From an uncultured Candidatus Woesearchaeota archaeon (GTDB lineage Archaea; Nanobdellota; Nanobdellia; Woesearchaeales; UBA10107), in the NCBI GenBank assembly GCA_963835585.1, contig CAWIGF010000003.1, positions 281,376-305,375 of the forward strand: DNA of 24,000 nt, read 5' to 3'. The notes under the pieces were generated by a model. That model had not been told where the DNA came from and ran no database searches. It worked only from the letters and a program-made list of their open reading frames with translations. Of the stretch, positions 1 to 7,389 are shown piece by piece (within the stretch, counting starts at the first letter, position 1; every line of letters begins with the position of its first letter). The translations under genes were made by a program, and so were the position numbers.

Positions 1-101
1 TACTTGGTCTTGAAAACCGCGTCGAATCAATCAAGAACGAATTCAAGGAACTTTCTAAAAAGAAATTAAGTCCAAAACATCTTCCTGTATTGCTGAATTG
101 A
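1..101 (+). CDS. 3' end of a CDS entering from the left edge (...LGLENRVESIKNEFKELSKKKLSPKHLPVLLN*), product unknown
   Basis: Open frame from position 3 to TGA at 99-101. It is truncated, so it is absent from the ORF track. No motif recognised. Confidence 0.3.
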   Translation, partial: LGLENRVESIKNEFKELSKKKLSPKHLPVLLN

Positions 102-191
102 TTGAAGATATCATGAGAAGAATAAAATCAATTATGCTCATTTGTATCACCAGTGATTAAAACTTTAAATAATTAACCGTGAATATGCATT

Positions 192-1307
192 TTATCCAGC
201 CCAGTAAGTGCTTACAAATGAGAGGGTATAGATGGCCAGAAGAAGAATGGAACTGAAAATCCACAGCAGCTGCAGATTTTTATTCTTAATTGAAGCACCC
301 AAGATATATATGGGGAACAAGACCAGTATAAACCTGCCGATAGCCATGGTCGTCCCGCTGCTTAATACAGTTGCCAATGTGGCTAACATGTAAAGACCGT
401 AAGATATCCGTAATTTTTTAAAAACAAAAAAAGTAACTATAAGGACAAATATTAAAAAGAAAAAATCTAAACAAAAGTTAACTATCGCAGCATTTGTTGC
501 GAGCGAAAAAAAGTCGCTGCTCAATTTAAAAAAAGGCCTATTCCATTGGCTCTCTGTAGTGAAATACAAAAAGAAATTTCCGAATTTAAAATAATCGTAA
601 AGGAAAAAACTCAAAGTTCCAGCCGGCACAAGAAAAATCGATAAAATCTTTAAATTCAAAGCACGCGAAAATTTAAAATCATAATTTTTGAAGTATTCCC
701 AAACAAGCGGGATAAACAGCAACATTCCTGTTATGCGGGTCAGAGAAGCCAAAAATCCAAGAACGCCAGCCAGAAAAAAATTCCCTCTTAACCCATAATA
801 AAAAACAGCCAAGGAAAGAAAGAGAAACAATGATTCAGCATAAACAGCATTAAGAAAAAAAGAGGTTGGAAAAATCAGCAAAAGAATAACCGGCAAATGT
901 GGATCAATTTCTGGGTGGAATTCTTTAACGAGTTTGAAAAGGTACAAGCATGCTAAAAAGAGGAAGATTGTGCTTAGTATCCATCCGGTCAAAACAAGAT
1001 TTCCGCCGGTCAAAAATGAAGTTTCCTTGATAAGATAAGGATAGAGCGGAAAAAAGGCGACATTGGGGAGCTGTTCAATACCCCTGGGGCTAAGCAGATA
1101 GCCTTTTTGAGCGATGTCTATATACCAGTATGAATCCCATTTCTCATGAATTGAAACGACATCCCATGTTTGTGCAGAGGAAAAATTATTTTGCGCAATC
1201 CAGCTAAAAGAAGTATCTTCATTTAAATTAAAACGATTAAGAGAGAGTATGGCAAATACATTGATAACTATGAACCACAAAATGAAAATAACAACTAATT
1301 TTTTCAT
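192..1307 (-). CDS. Polytopic GT-C type membrane glycosyltransferase, PIG-V/mannosyltransferase-like
   Basis: 371 aa with about 9-10 hydrophobic helices. The N-terminal loop motifs WDSYWYIDIAQKGY and NVAFFPLYPYLIK match what I remember of the PIG-V-like (Mannosyl_trans2) family. ATG at 1307; TATA-like AAGATTAAATAGG lies about 30 nt upstream. Confidence 0.65.
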   Translation of the reverse strand: MKKLVVIFILWFIVINVFAILSLNRFNLNEDTSFSWIAQNNFSSAQTWDVVSIHEKWDSYWYIDIAQKGYLLSPRGIEQLPNVAFFPLYPYLIKETSFLTGGNLVLTGWILSTIFLFLACLYLFKLVKEFHPEIDPHLPVILLLIFPTSFFLNAVYAESLFLFLSLAVFYYGLRGNFFLAGVLGFLASLTRITGMLLFIPLVWEYFKNYDFKFSRALNLKILSIFLVPAGTLSFFLYDYFKFGNFFLYFTTESQWNRPFFKLSSDFFSLATNAAIVNFCLDFFFLIFVLIVTFFVFKKLRISYGLYMLATLATVLSSGTTMAIGRFILVLFPIYILGASIKNKNLQLLWIFSSILLLAIYTLSFVSTYWAG

Positions 1308-1359
1308 GGATTATCAAAGGTGTATGCCTATTTAATCTTTTTTATTTGTTTCGAAAAAA

Positions 1360-3069
1360 TTATGCTATCATTATGCCTGTAAAAAAAACAGCGCATAAGA
1401 GAAAGACATAACTGCCTGCTGTGCTGAGTCTCCAGAGGAAAAGCGAGCCCGAACTGGAATCACTGATTTCTTTTTTCTTTATATCGTCAAGTGATAAATA
1501 TGAGTTCCAAAGAAAAATGCTATTTACTATAATATAAAAGAAAATCCAAATAAAGATAGTATAATACTCTGAGTTCAAAACCGGGAAATGGCCACTGCTT
1601 ATTGTTAATCCAAGCATGCCTAAATAAACCAAAAAGACAAATGCGTTAAACTTAATCAACGTAACATAAGATTTGGAGAATTTATCTTTTATGGCACCGG
1701 TGGGCTGCCAGACCAATGGTTTTTTTATTATGTTTAAAATGACAGAGTATGCACAGCTGTTAGCATGCGCTGTTCTGGCGATAATTGTGCCGTATTTGAC
1801 CTTTGAAATTCTGAACAGCGGCAGCACTACGAAACCAAATATGAGAAAAGGGAGGAACGGCAGAGCGTGCACAAGGCTTATGAATTTAAAGTTCCAAAAA
1901 AGCAGTACAAATACCTGAAATGACATGAGTACAGCGAATGCATAACTCACATAATACAAAAATCCAGAAATGAAGCATAATTTCTGTGAATTTGTGAGTT
2001 TTGATTTCCAGAACTCAGGATAAAATAAAAGGCTCATGTTGCCGCTGCACCATCTATTTTGCTGGTGGAAATATGCATGCATGTTTTCTGGACACAGGCC
2101 AATTGCAAGAATAATTGGGATGTATTTTATTTTCCAGCCATTATTGACTAATTTAATTCCTGTGTGTATGTCCTCGCTGTGCTCAATTTGAATTATGCCT
2201 CCAATGGAATCGAGTGCTTTTCGCCTGTAAATCGCATTTGATCCAACGCAGACTGCCCCGCCAAAATTATCTCTTGAAACCTGAATGATGCGGTAGAACT
2301 CCTCCTGAACACTGCCTGCGCCATATTCAAGTGCTGAACGCTGATGGATATCGTTGTCTGTTTGGAAATATTGCGGTGATTGGACAATAGATACAGTTGC
2401 ATCTTTCATGTATGGAAGAAGCTCTTTTATGAAATCAGGATTGGGAGCGAAGTCAGCATCAAATATTACGATAAATTCTCCATTTGAATTCTCAAACCCA
2501 AATTTGAGATTTCCTGACTTCTTCATGTATCCTTTATTTTCTCTGCTCAAATATGAGAATCCCTTTGATATTGCCAAGGCCTTGTGTTCTTTGTCCCCCT
2601 TGTCGTCAAGTACATACACTTTTTTGTTTTTGTAGTTTATTTTTGATATCGCATGAAATGTTTTTTTGAGAATCTCGGTGCTTTCCCCACAAATGGGAAC
2701 GAAAATATCGACAGATGGCAGTTTCTTTTTTTTGTCCCAGTATTTTTTAATAAATGCATTGTGCTTATCTAAATCAAATGATTTATAAAATAAATTAATG
2801 CCATAGCTGACAAGATAATGTACAGTAAAAATGCCGACAATCGGGGCAATAGTTAACCAATATATTAATTTAAGATTAAAAAAAACAACAAATCCGTAAA
2901 CAACAAAAAGCCAGCATATGATTCCCAGCAAATAAATCGTCCGTACTTTCCATGCATTTTTTATGATATACTTGTATTTATCTATATTTTCCGGTTTAGT
3001 GTTGGCGGATATTCTGCTGTTTAGGCGGACGTTTGAAAAATAATCTTTTAATAGGTTATTGTCATTCAT
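1360..3069 (-). CDS. Family-2 processive beta-glycosyltransferase (cellulose/chitin-synthase-like), membrane-integrated
   Basis: 569 aa. All GT2 processive signature motifs are visible: VLDDKGD, FDADF (DxD), SEDIHTG (TED) and QQNRWCSG (QxxRW). TM helices flank the catalytic domain. Confidence 0.85.
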   Translation of the reverse strand: MNDNNLLKDYFSNVRLNSRISANTKPENIDKYKYIIKNAWKVRTIYLLGIICWLFVVYGFVVFFNLKLIYWLTIAPIVGIFTVHYLVSYGINLFYKSFDLDKHNAFIKKYWDKKKKLPSVDIFVPICGESTEILKKTFHAISKINYKNKKVYVLDDKGDKEHKALAISKGFSYLSRENKGYMKKSGNLKFGFENSNGEFIVIFDADFAPNPDFIKELLPYMKDATVSIVQSPQYFQTDNDIHQRSALEYGAGSVQEEFYRIIQVSRDNFGGAVCVGSNAIYRRKALDSIGGIIQIEHSEDIHTGIKLVNNGWKIKYIPIILAIGLCPENMHAYFHQQNRWCSGNMSLLFYPEFWKSKLTNSQKLCFISGFLYYVSYAFAVLMSFQVFVLLFWNFKFISLVHALPFLPFLIFGFVVLPLFRISKVKYGTIIARTAHANSCAYSVILNIIKKPLVWQPTGAIKDKFSKSYVTLIKFNAFVFLVYLGMLGLTISSGHFPVLNSEYYTIFIWIFFYIIVNSIFLWNSYLSLDDIKKKEISDSSSGSLFLWRLSTAGSYVFLLCAVFFTGIMIA

Positions 3070-3360
3070 TTTACCCCGTACAGATTATTTTGTTATTCAA
3101 GACTGATTGTCATGCATACATTTTGAGGTATATAAATATTAACACTATTGACAATATTCAGAATATACATGATTTTATTTCATCAGAAAAAATGTAATAC
3201 CCCCAACGTGCGGGAAGACTTCGTTCAAAGCACTGTGGTTTATAGCGTCTGTAGCTTGCTTTATACGCATTTATAGACATTCAGACTATTTTAATCTTTT
3301 CTTTTCATTCGTAATTTATTGAAACTCTAAAAAATATTTTTAGAAATTATGATTGTGCAT

Positions 3361-3466
3361 TTTTAAATCGTTTCCCGACCCTGTTCAAGCCGCGACGAGC
3401 TGAAACAATGGCAAGGCCGAGCCTGCCGACCCTACATTTCTTCCCCATATTGACTGCGCCACGGGA
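3361..3466. repeat. Copy 1 of a ~105-nt direct repeat unit in a gene-free island
   Basis: 3361-3381 is identical to 3646-3666 (21/21). 3419-3436 is identical to 3704-3721 (18/18). The 37 nt between these blocks are unrelated in the two copies, and about 30 nt of partial similarity follows. The offset is exactly 285 bp. Confidence 0.8.
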
Positions 3467-3645
3467 GAGAAACCTGGCAAAATGTTTCATGCCTAAACGG
3501 CCTAAATTTCGCCACTGTCCTTTGAAAAATGCATTTCACGGCCTAAATTCGATTTAGATAATAACAACATACCTCTTTGCTATCATTAGGGCGGAGCAGG
3601 CCGTAGCTAGGCCGATGTGTAAAAATTCTATCCTCAAAAAATAAT

Positions 3646-3752
3646 TTTTAAATCGTTTCCCGACCCAAATGAACGCCTAGTTCGCCGAATGTCAGCCGAC
3701 GCAGAGCCTGCCGACCCTACAATTTCTCCATATACTGACCGCGGTCCGGGAC
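3646..3752. repeat. Copy 2 of the ~105-nt direct repeat unit
   Basis: See copy 1. Each conserved block contains CCGACCC (GGGTCGG on the minus strand), giving four copies in total. Confidence 0.8.
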
Positions 3753-3821
3753 CGAGCCATCTCTCTAGAACAAAATCAAAACTAATCAATCATGCATGAA
3801 TGATGCGAAGAAGCAAAGAAA

Positions 3822-3865
3822 GTCCGTGAAAGAGCCAAAAGAACGCGACACGTAAAGCAACGGAC
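3822..3865 (-). terminator. Hairpin plus T-rich tract downstream of the HEPN gene (possible terminator)
   Basis: GTCCGT (3822-3827) pairs with ACGGAC (3860-3865). On the minus strand the hairpin is followed by TTTCTTTGCTTCTTC. It lies 25 nt after the HEPN stop codon. Confidence 0.3.
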
Positions 3866-3889
3866 CACTTCACAAAAGGCATGAGTTTC

Positions 3890-4291
3890 TCATACCACTT
3901 TTGTCTTGACAACCGCTTTCAATTTCTGTATGACCGCAAGGAGTTTGTCTTTGTTGTTGCGTACATATACCAATTCTATCTGTTTCCCCTCGTACATGCT
4001 CTTGTTCCTGCGTATGCGCAGGTCATCGATGAGCGCGATCTCGTCCTGGTGGAGCTCATGGTAATTTGAAAGATAATCGACGAGGTCCTTGTGCGCATTC
4101 TCGCCTGCCGTCTTGTAACCGTCCGCAAGCGCGATGGCGGTCATAAGTTCCTTTAGTATCTCATAGTAGCTTTCAGCGATCATGGTGGGGAACGTATCCA
4201 TGTTGATATTTTTTGTATACGCTTCCCGTTGCTCGACGAGCTTTACGATCGCCTGTGCACGTTCCTTGTCCGGTGTTGTCTTGATTATCAT
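3890..4291 (-). CDS. HEPN-domain protein, partner of the upstream nucleotidyltransferase (MNT/HEPN pair)
   Basis: All-helical, about 133 aa, with a C-terminal LRIRRNKSMYEG motif (R-N-x3-Y/H type HEPN signature). The ORF track starts at TTG 4297; ATG at 4291 sits 2 nt after the MNT stop. Confidence 0.65.
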   Translation of the reverse strand: MIIKTTPDKERAQAIVKLVEQREAYTKNINMDTFPTMIAESYYEILKELMTAIALADGYKTAGENAHKDLVDYLSNYHELHQDEIALIDDLRIRRNKSMYEGKQIELVYVRNNKDKLLAVIQKLKAVVKTKVV

Positions 4292-4293
4292 GT

Positions 4294-4818
4294 TCAAAAG
4301 AGCTTAAGGTATCCTTTCAACACGATGCCATTGATGAGGTTGTTCTTGAATTCGCCTGACATTTTTGTCTTGTCGGACTCGATGAGTATATTGACGGTCT
4401 TATGCAAGTATTTCTCGTAGCTTCCTATATCAATTTTTCCTTCTTTCCCTATTATGAAGATATCGATGTCCGAGTGCTCAGTATCCTCTCCCCGTACTGC
4501 AGAGCCGAACAAGATGATGGCCTCGGGAGCCAACGTGTCCCACAAATAATCGATCAATCCAGATACATGTAATTCATACAAGATGCTTACTCTCTTGAAT
4601 AGTTTGAATGATTCGTCATCCCGATTTGCCCGATAGAACGGGACACTCCGTTTCTCGTATCGTGTGACAAGGTGTTCCGCTTGAAATTCCTTGAGATAAT
4701 TTGCCACCGAAAGCGGCGCGATACCGCTCAGTCTGCTTAATTCACGCAACCTGAAATTTTCCAACGGGTTATCGAAAAATACCTTGAGGAGTTTGTATTT
4801 GTTATATTTTTTGAACAT
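4294..4818 (-). CDS. Minimal nucleotidyltransferase (MNT) with N-terminal winged-HTH domain
   Basis: LFGSAVRGEDTEHSDIDIFI is the GS-x-RG...DxD pol-beta-type NTase motif. The N-terminal FRLRELSRLSGIAPLSVANYLKEFQAEHLV is HTH-like. Confidence 0.8.
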   Translation of the reverse strand: MFKKYNKYKLLKVFFDNPLENFRLRELSRLSGIAPLSVANYLKEFQAEHLVTRYEKRSVPFYRANRDDESFKLFKRVSILYELHVSGLIDYLWDTLAPEAIILFGSAVRGEDTEHSDIDIFIIGKEGKIDIGSYEKYLHKTVNILIESDKTKMSGEFKNNLINGIVLKGYLKLF

Positions 4819-4820
4819 AT

Positions 4821-4836
4821 GTTATAATATTATAAC
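4821..4836. promoter_or_regulatory. Perfect 16-nt palindrome GTTATAATATTATAAC between TATA and the ATG of the MNT gene (candidate operator)
   Basis: The sequence is self-complementary by direct reading. It sits 3-18 nt upstream of the start codon (4818) and downstream of a TATA-like TTATTATAT (about 4842-4850, minus strand). Further GTTAC/GTAAC half-sites occur at 4852, 4879 and 4893. Confidence 0.45.
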
Positions 4837-4887
4837 AAGTGATATAATAATGTTACGATTTTGTCAAATATAATGATTGTAACTTAA

Positions 4888-4917
4888 TAGTAGTAACAAA
4901 TAGAAAGATTTATATAT
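4888..4917 (+). promoter_or_regulatory. Recurrent promoter-like module, copy A (TAGTAGTAACAAA-N-AAAGATTTATATAT), orphan
   Basis: It shares the motif TAG-W-AGTWACAAA plus a TATA box with 5246-5274 (+), 18098-18127 (+) and 19021-19052 (-). No ORF of 60 aa or more lies downstream. Confidence 0.4.
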
Positions 4918-5086
4918 CTGTACTATTCTCGTAAAGCCACCAGTATCAGGAAAACCTTGCAAAAAATGAAAAATCGTGCACAAGTTGCACGTGAACAACT
5001 AACCACAAAAAAATAAAACGGCCGTAAAAGATGCACACAAGGTTTGTAGTAGCAAAACAGGATTCTTAGGTTCAAGGGAAGTTTAA

Positions 5087-5168
5087 CGCGGCCGCCCGGA
5101 TTTGAACCGGGAAGTCTTTCGACACTGGTTTTCAAGACCAGCGCAGTACCGGATTGTGCCACGGCCGC
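5087..5168 (-). tRNA. tRNA-Ser (anticodon UGA), class II, no intron
   Basis: Fold: GCGGCCG-UG-GCA-CAAUCCGGUAC-UGC-G-CUGGU-CUUGAAA-ACCAG-UGUCGAAAGACUU-CCCGG-UUCAAAU-CCGGG-CGGCCGC-G. CCA is not encoded. A minus-strand TATA (GCTTTATATACA, about 5205-5216) lies upstream. Confidence 0.9.
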
Positions 5169-5245
5169 ATATAGACGTCTTTTAAGGCATTCTTGGACGA
5201 GTTTTGTATATAAAGCTTGTTGCCCGTAATAATGTAGTTACTTAC

Positions 5246-5274
5246 TAGTAGTTACAAAACGAAAGGTTTATATA
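5246..5274 (+). promoter_or_regulatory. Recurrent promoter-like module, copy B, upstream of the 5326 gene
   Basis: TAGTAGTTACAAAACGAAAGGTTTATATA. It is preceded by a second GTAGTTAC half-site (5234-5241). Confidence 0.45.
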
Positions 5275-5325
5275 GTGGTATTACTTATAATATATTCTGA
5301 AAAACTCGCATATGAAACAGGTAAA

Positions 5326-5661
5326 ATGCCCAAGACACTGACTTTGGAAAAAGGACGTGAACCAGCAACTAGACCTATGGCGGGAAAACAACCATTCATG
5401 ACTCATGAAAATACTAACTTGAAAAGCGATGTAGATCATCCTAGTAAAGGCAGGATTGCTGCAATCAAACAATTGCAAGGACCGTGTGATATTACTCATG
5501 CTCCGGGATTTTTAGAATTAAGAGAGCTCTATTCACAATATAAAAAATCAATTTCTGATATGCCAACTGGGCCTATAAATGTCATTTACCTAATTTGCGA
5601 TCCAAGTTACGAGATTATGAGAAGAGAACCAACTGGCATAGAGAGGATGTTAAGAAAATGA
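5326..5661 (+). CDS. Hypothetical protein (111 aa), translationally coupled to the downstream RHH gene
   Basis: ORF track 5275..5661. I prefer ATG 5326 (MPKTLTLEKG...) because the GTG at 5275 lies inside the TATA box. Its TGA overlaps the next ATG (ATGA at 5658-5661). No motif recognised. Confidence 0.45.
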   Translation: MPKTLTLEKGREPATRPMAGKQPFMTHENTNLKSDVDHPSKGRIAAIKQLQGPCDITHAPGFLELRELYSQYKKSISDMPTGPINVIYLICDPSYEIMRREPTGIERMLRK

Positions 5662-5786
5662 AATACAGGATCTCAATCTCAATCAGCGAACCAGTTCTTC
5701 TTAAGTTGAAGGAGAAGATGCGTTCGGAACGCATCAGAAACCAGAGCTCGCTTGTTGAAAAAGCAGTCGAACAATTTTTGCAGTAA
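5658..5786 (+). CDS. Ribbon-helix-helix (CopG/Arc/MetJ-type) DNA-binding protein, 42 aa
   Basis: MKYRISISISEPVLLKLKEKMRSERIRNQSSLVEKAVEQFLQ shows a beta-strand, helix, turn, helix pattern. The internal ATG of ORF 5595..5786 gives a 4-nt overlap with the upstream gene. Confidence 0.7.
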   Translation: MKYRISISISEPVLLKLKEKMRSERIRNQSSLVEKAVEQFLQ

Positions 5787-5792
5787 ATGCTA

Positions 5793-6083
5793 CTAATATT
5801 GCCTATACACAGTCCAGTCAATTGGCTGCGTATTTTTAGGGTCTAATTCTATGCTAAATTCTCTATTGTCTTTTCTGGAAAGATAATTTCTCTTGAATTC
5901 ACCGGCAGAAATAATCTCGAGTCCAACCGTTAGTTGCACCAAATCATCCAATTCTTTCAATTTCTTGTGATTTTCTGGAGTAAAAATAAGCGTCCTTTTT
6001 TGAGAACTTCCATTGCGGTTTACCGTCCAAATCCCCAAATATTCATTTGTTTTATGATTTTTAATTTCTGCTTCTTCTATCAT
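5793..6083 (-). CDS. Hypothetical protein, 96 aa
   Basis: ATG-initiated ORF 8 nt downstream of the 80-aa ORF. No motif recognised. Confidence 0.5.
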   Translation of the reverse strand: MIEEAEIKNHKTNEYLGIWTVNRNGSSQKRTLIFTPENHKKLKELDDLVQLTVGLEIISAGEFKRNYLSRKDNREFSIELDPKNTQPIDWTVYRQY

Positions 6084-6091
6084 GGTGAGAT

Positions 6092-6334
6092 TTATTTTAG
6101 AATATCATATAATGTAAACGCAATACCAGGGTACGCACAAGCGACAGTGTAAACACTTAGTGCTTTACCGCATGAATATCTAGGACCTGTGAGGTCTTTG
6201 TTCTGCTCTTTTATTGCATTTGCAGCATCACGTGTAGCTTTTGTGAAAGGAACGCTTTTCATCATCCCTTCTAAAAATCCTTCCGTAAATTCGTCAGAAG
6301 GTCCAAAAACGCCATCAATTGTTTTTGTTTTCAT
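6092..6334 (-). CDS. Hypothetical protein, 80 aa
   Basis: ATG-initiated ORF with a TATA-like AAGTTTATAAG about 25 nt upstream. No motif recognised. Confidence 0.5.
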   Translation of the reverse strand: MKTKTIDGVFGPSDEFTEGFLEGMMKSVPFTKATRDAANAIKEQNKDLTGPRYSCGKALSVYTVACAYPGIAFTLYDILK

Positions 6335-6428
6335 GAGTTGTAAACTTATATCTATCTTATAAACTTTACTCTGCTTTTCAACCTTCTCGAATCAAAACAT
6401 ATTTAATATAGCATAAAGTGGCAATACA

Positions 6429-7385
6429 ATGACGCAAGAAATTCTTAAAAGCAGCAAACGCGGAGAGGTAATACACTTTCCTATGTCCGATGGTGGGTTA
6501 GTTCTAAAAACACCTTACTCGTTCGGCGACAAGAAACGTTTGAATAAGAACAGAGTGGCCTTGCTCAGGAATGAAGCTCAAGTTTTGGATAAGGCGCAGG
6601 GTAAAATAAACGGAAGTTTCGCAGTTCCTCTTCTTTCCGATGAAGAATTCAGAGATGGAATCATAGAAATGAATTATGTTGACGGAACTTTTTTTGGAGA
6701 AAGGAAAGCATACGATATTCTTGTTCTTCCTCATGATATCGTTTCTCCTAAATTTGTTGATTATCTTGTTACATTGGTAAATTTCAATCCTGGAGAGTTG
6801 CCATATGATTCAGGATTCAGAAACCTGGCATTTCTCAACTGGATTTCATCCGAAAAATGGTTAAAACCTATATGGCTTGCGAAATCGCTAGGATATTTGG
6901 CTGGAATCAATATCCACATTGGAGAGAATTTGTTTTCTACTATCATAAATAGTAAAATCTCGCAAACAGGATTTAATCACTGCAACATCCGCCCTGAACA
7001 TCTCATAAAAACAATCGATGATTATGCATCAATTGACTGGGAATGGGCAACTAACAAATTCCCGAAACACTATGACGTATGCTACTTGGCTGATGTACTT
7101 GGCATTGCTCATGGACGTTCCTATTTGGCAGAGAAATTATTGCATTCTTACAGGGAAGCACTGCATCCTTCCGAACGGCAGTATTTCGACGATACCTGCT
7201 ATGGTCTTCTGGCAATAAGAGCGCTCGGTGAATTGAGAGATATGTCAAGTGGCGTCTCTATGCACAAGGAACATTTCTTCGGAAAAGGAAAGGGGAAGTC
7301 AGGATTAGTCCTTGACCATTACATTGCTCATATTGTCGAAGTTGGCAAGTTCATTTCAAAAATAGAGACTAGAACTCTTCTATGA
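6429..7385 (+). CDS. Protein-kinase-like fold phosphotransferase (APH/choline-kinase family-like), catalytic loop substituted
   Basis: FNHCNIRPEHLIK...ASIDWEWATNKFPKHYDVCYL aligns with the APH pattern HxDxxxxN...iDwE.a..g.p.~Dla. Here H-C-N-I-R-P-E-H replaces HxDxxxxN. Confidence 0.6.
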   Translation: MTQEILKSSKRGEVIHFPMSDGGLVLKTPYSFGDKKRLNKNRVALLRNEAQVLDKAQGKINGSFAVPLLSDEEFRDGIIEMNYVDGTFFGERKAYDILVLPHDIVSPKFVDYLVTLVNFNPGELPYDSGFRNLAFLNWISSEKWLKPIWLAKSLGYLAGINIHIGENLFSTIINSKISQTGFNHCNIRPEHLIKTIDDYASIDWEWATNKFPKHYDVCYLADVLGIAHGRSYLAEKLLHSYREALHPSERQYFDDTCYGLLAIRALGELRDMSSGVSMHKEHFFGKGKGKSGLVLDHYIAHIVEVGKFISKIETRTLL

Positions 7386-7389
7386 TTTT

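Noticed and set aside
1673-2635. ORFs 1673..1918 (+), 2193..2402 (-) and 2354..2635 (+) inside the GT2 gene
   Set aside because: They lie entirely within a CDS that carries all GT2 signature motifs in its own frame, and they have no motifs of their own.
3361-3755. CRISPR-like reading of the intergenic repeats (GGGTCGG-containing blocks spaced about 50 nt apart)
   Set aside because: The blocks within a unit share only 7-8 nt. There are just two units 285 bp apart, and no cas genes are present. This does not fit a CRISPR array.
3812-3866. GAAAGTCCG and GTGAAAGAGCC strings resembling RNase P RNA conserved regions
   Set aside because: These are only short isolated matches. I could not find a P4 partner strand or other conserved regions nearby. 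The segment is better explained as a terminator hairpin after the HEPN gene.
4966-5016. Micro-ORFs downstream of the orphan promoter copies (16 aa at 4966-5016; 15 aa at 18164-18211)
   Set aside because: They are too short to call as genes from sequence alone. They are mentioned in the promoter-module finding as a hypothesis, not annotated.
4923-5162. 79-aa ORF on the minus strand (MAQSGTALVLKTSVERLPGSNPGGR...)
   Set aside because: Its N-terminus is simply the translation of tRNA-Ser (5087-5168). The remainder is low-complexity intergenic sequence.
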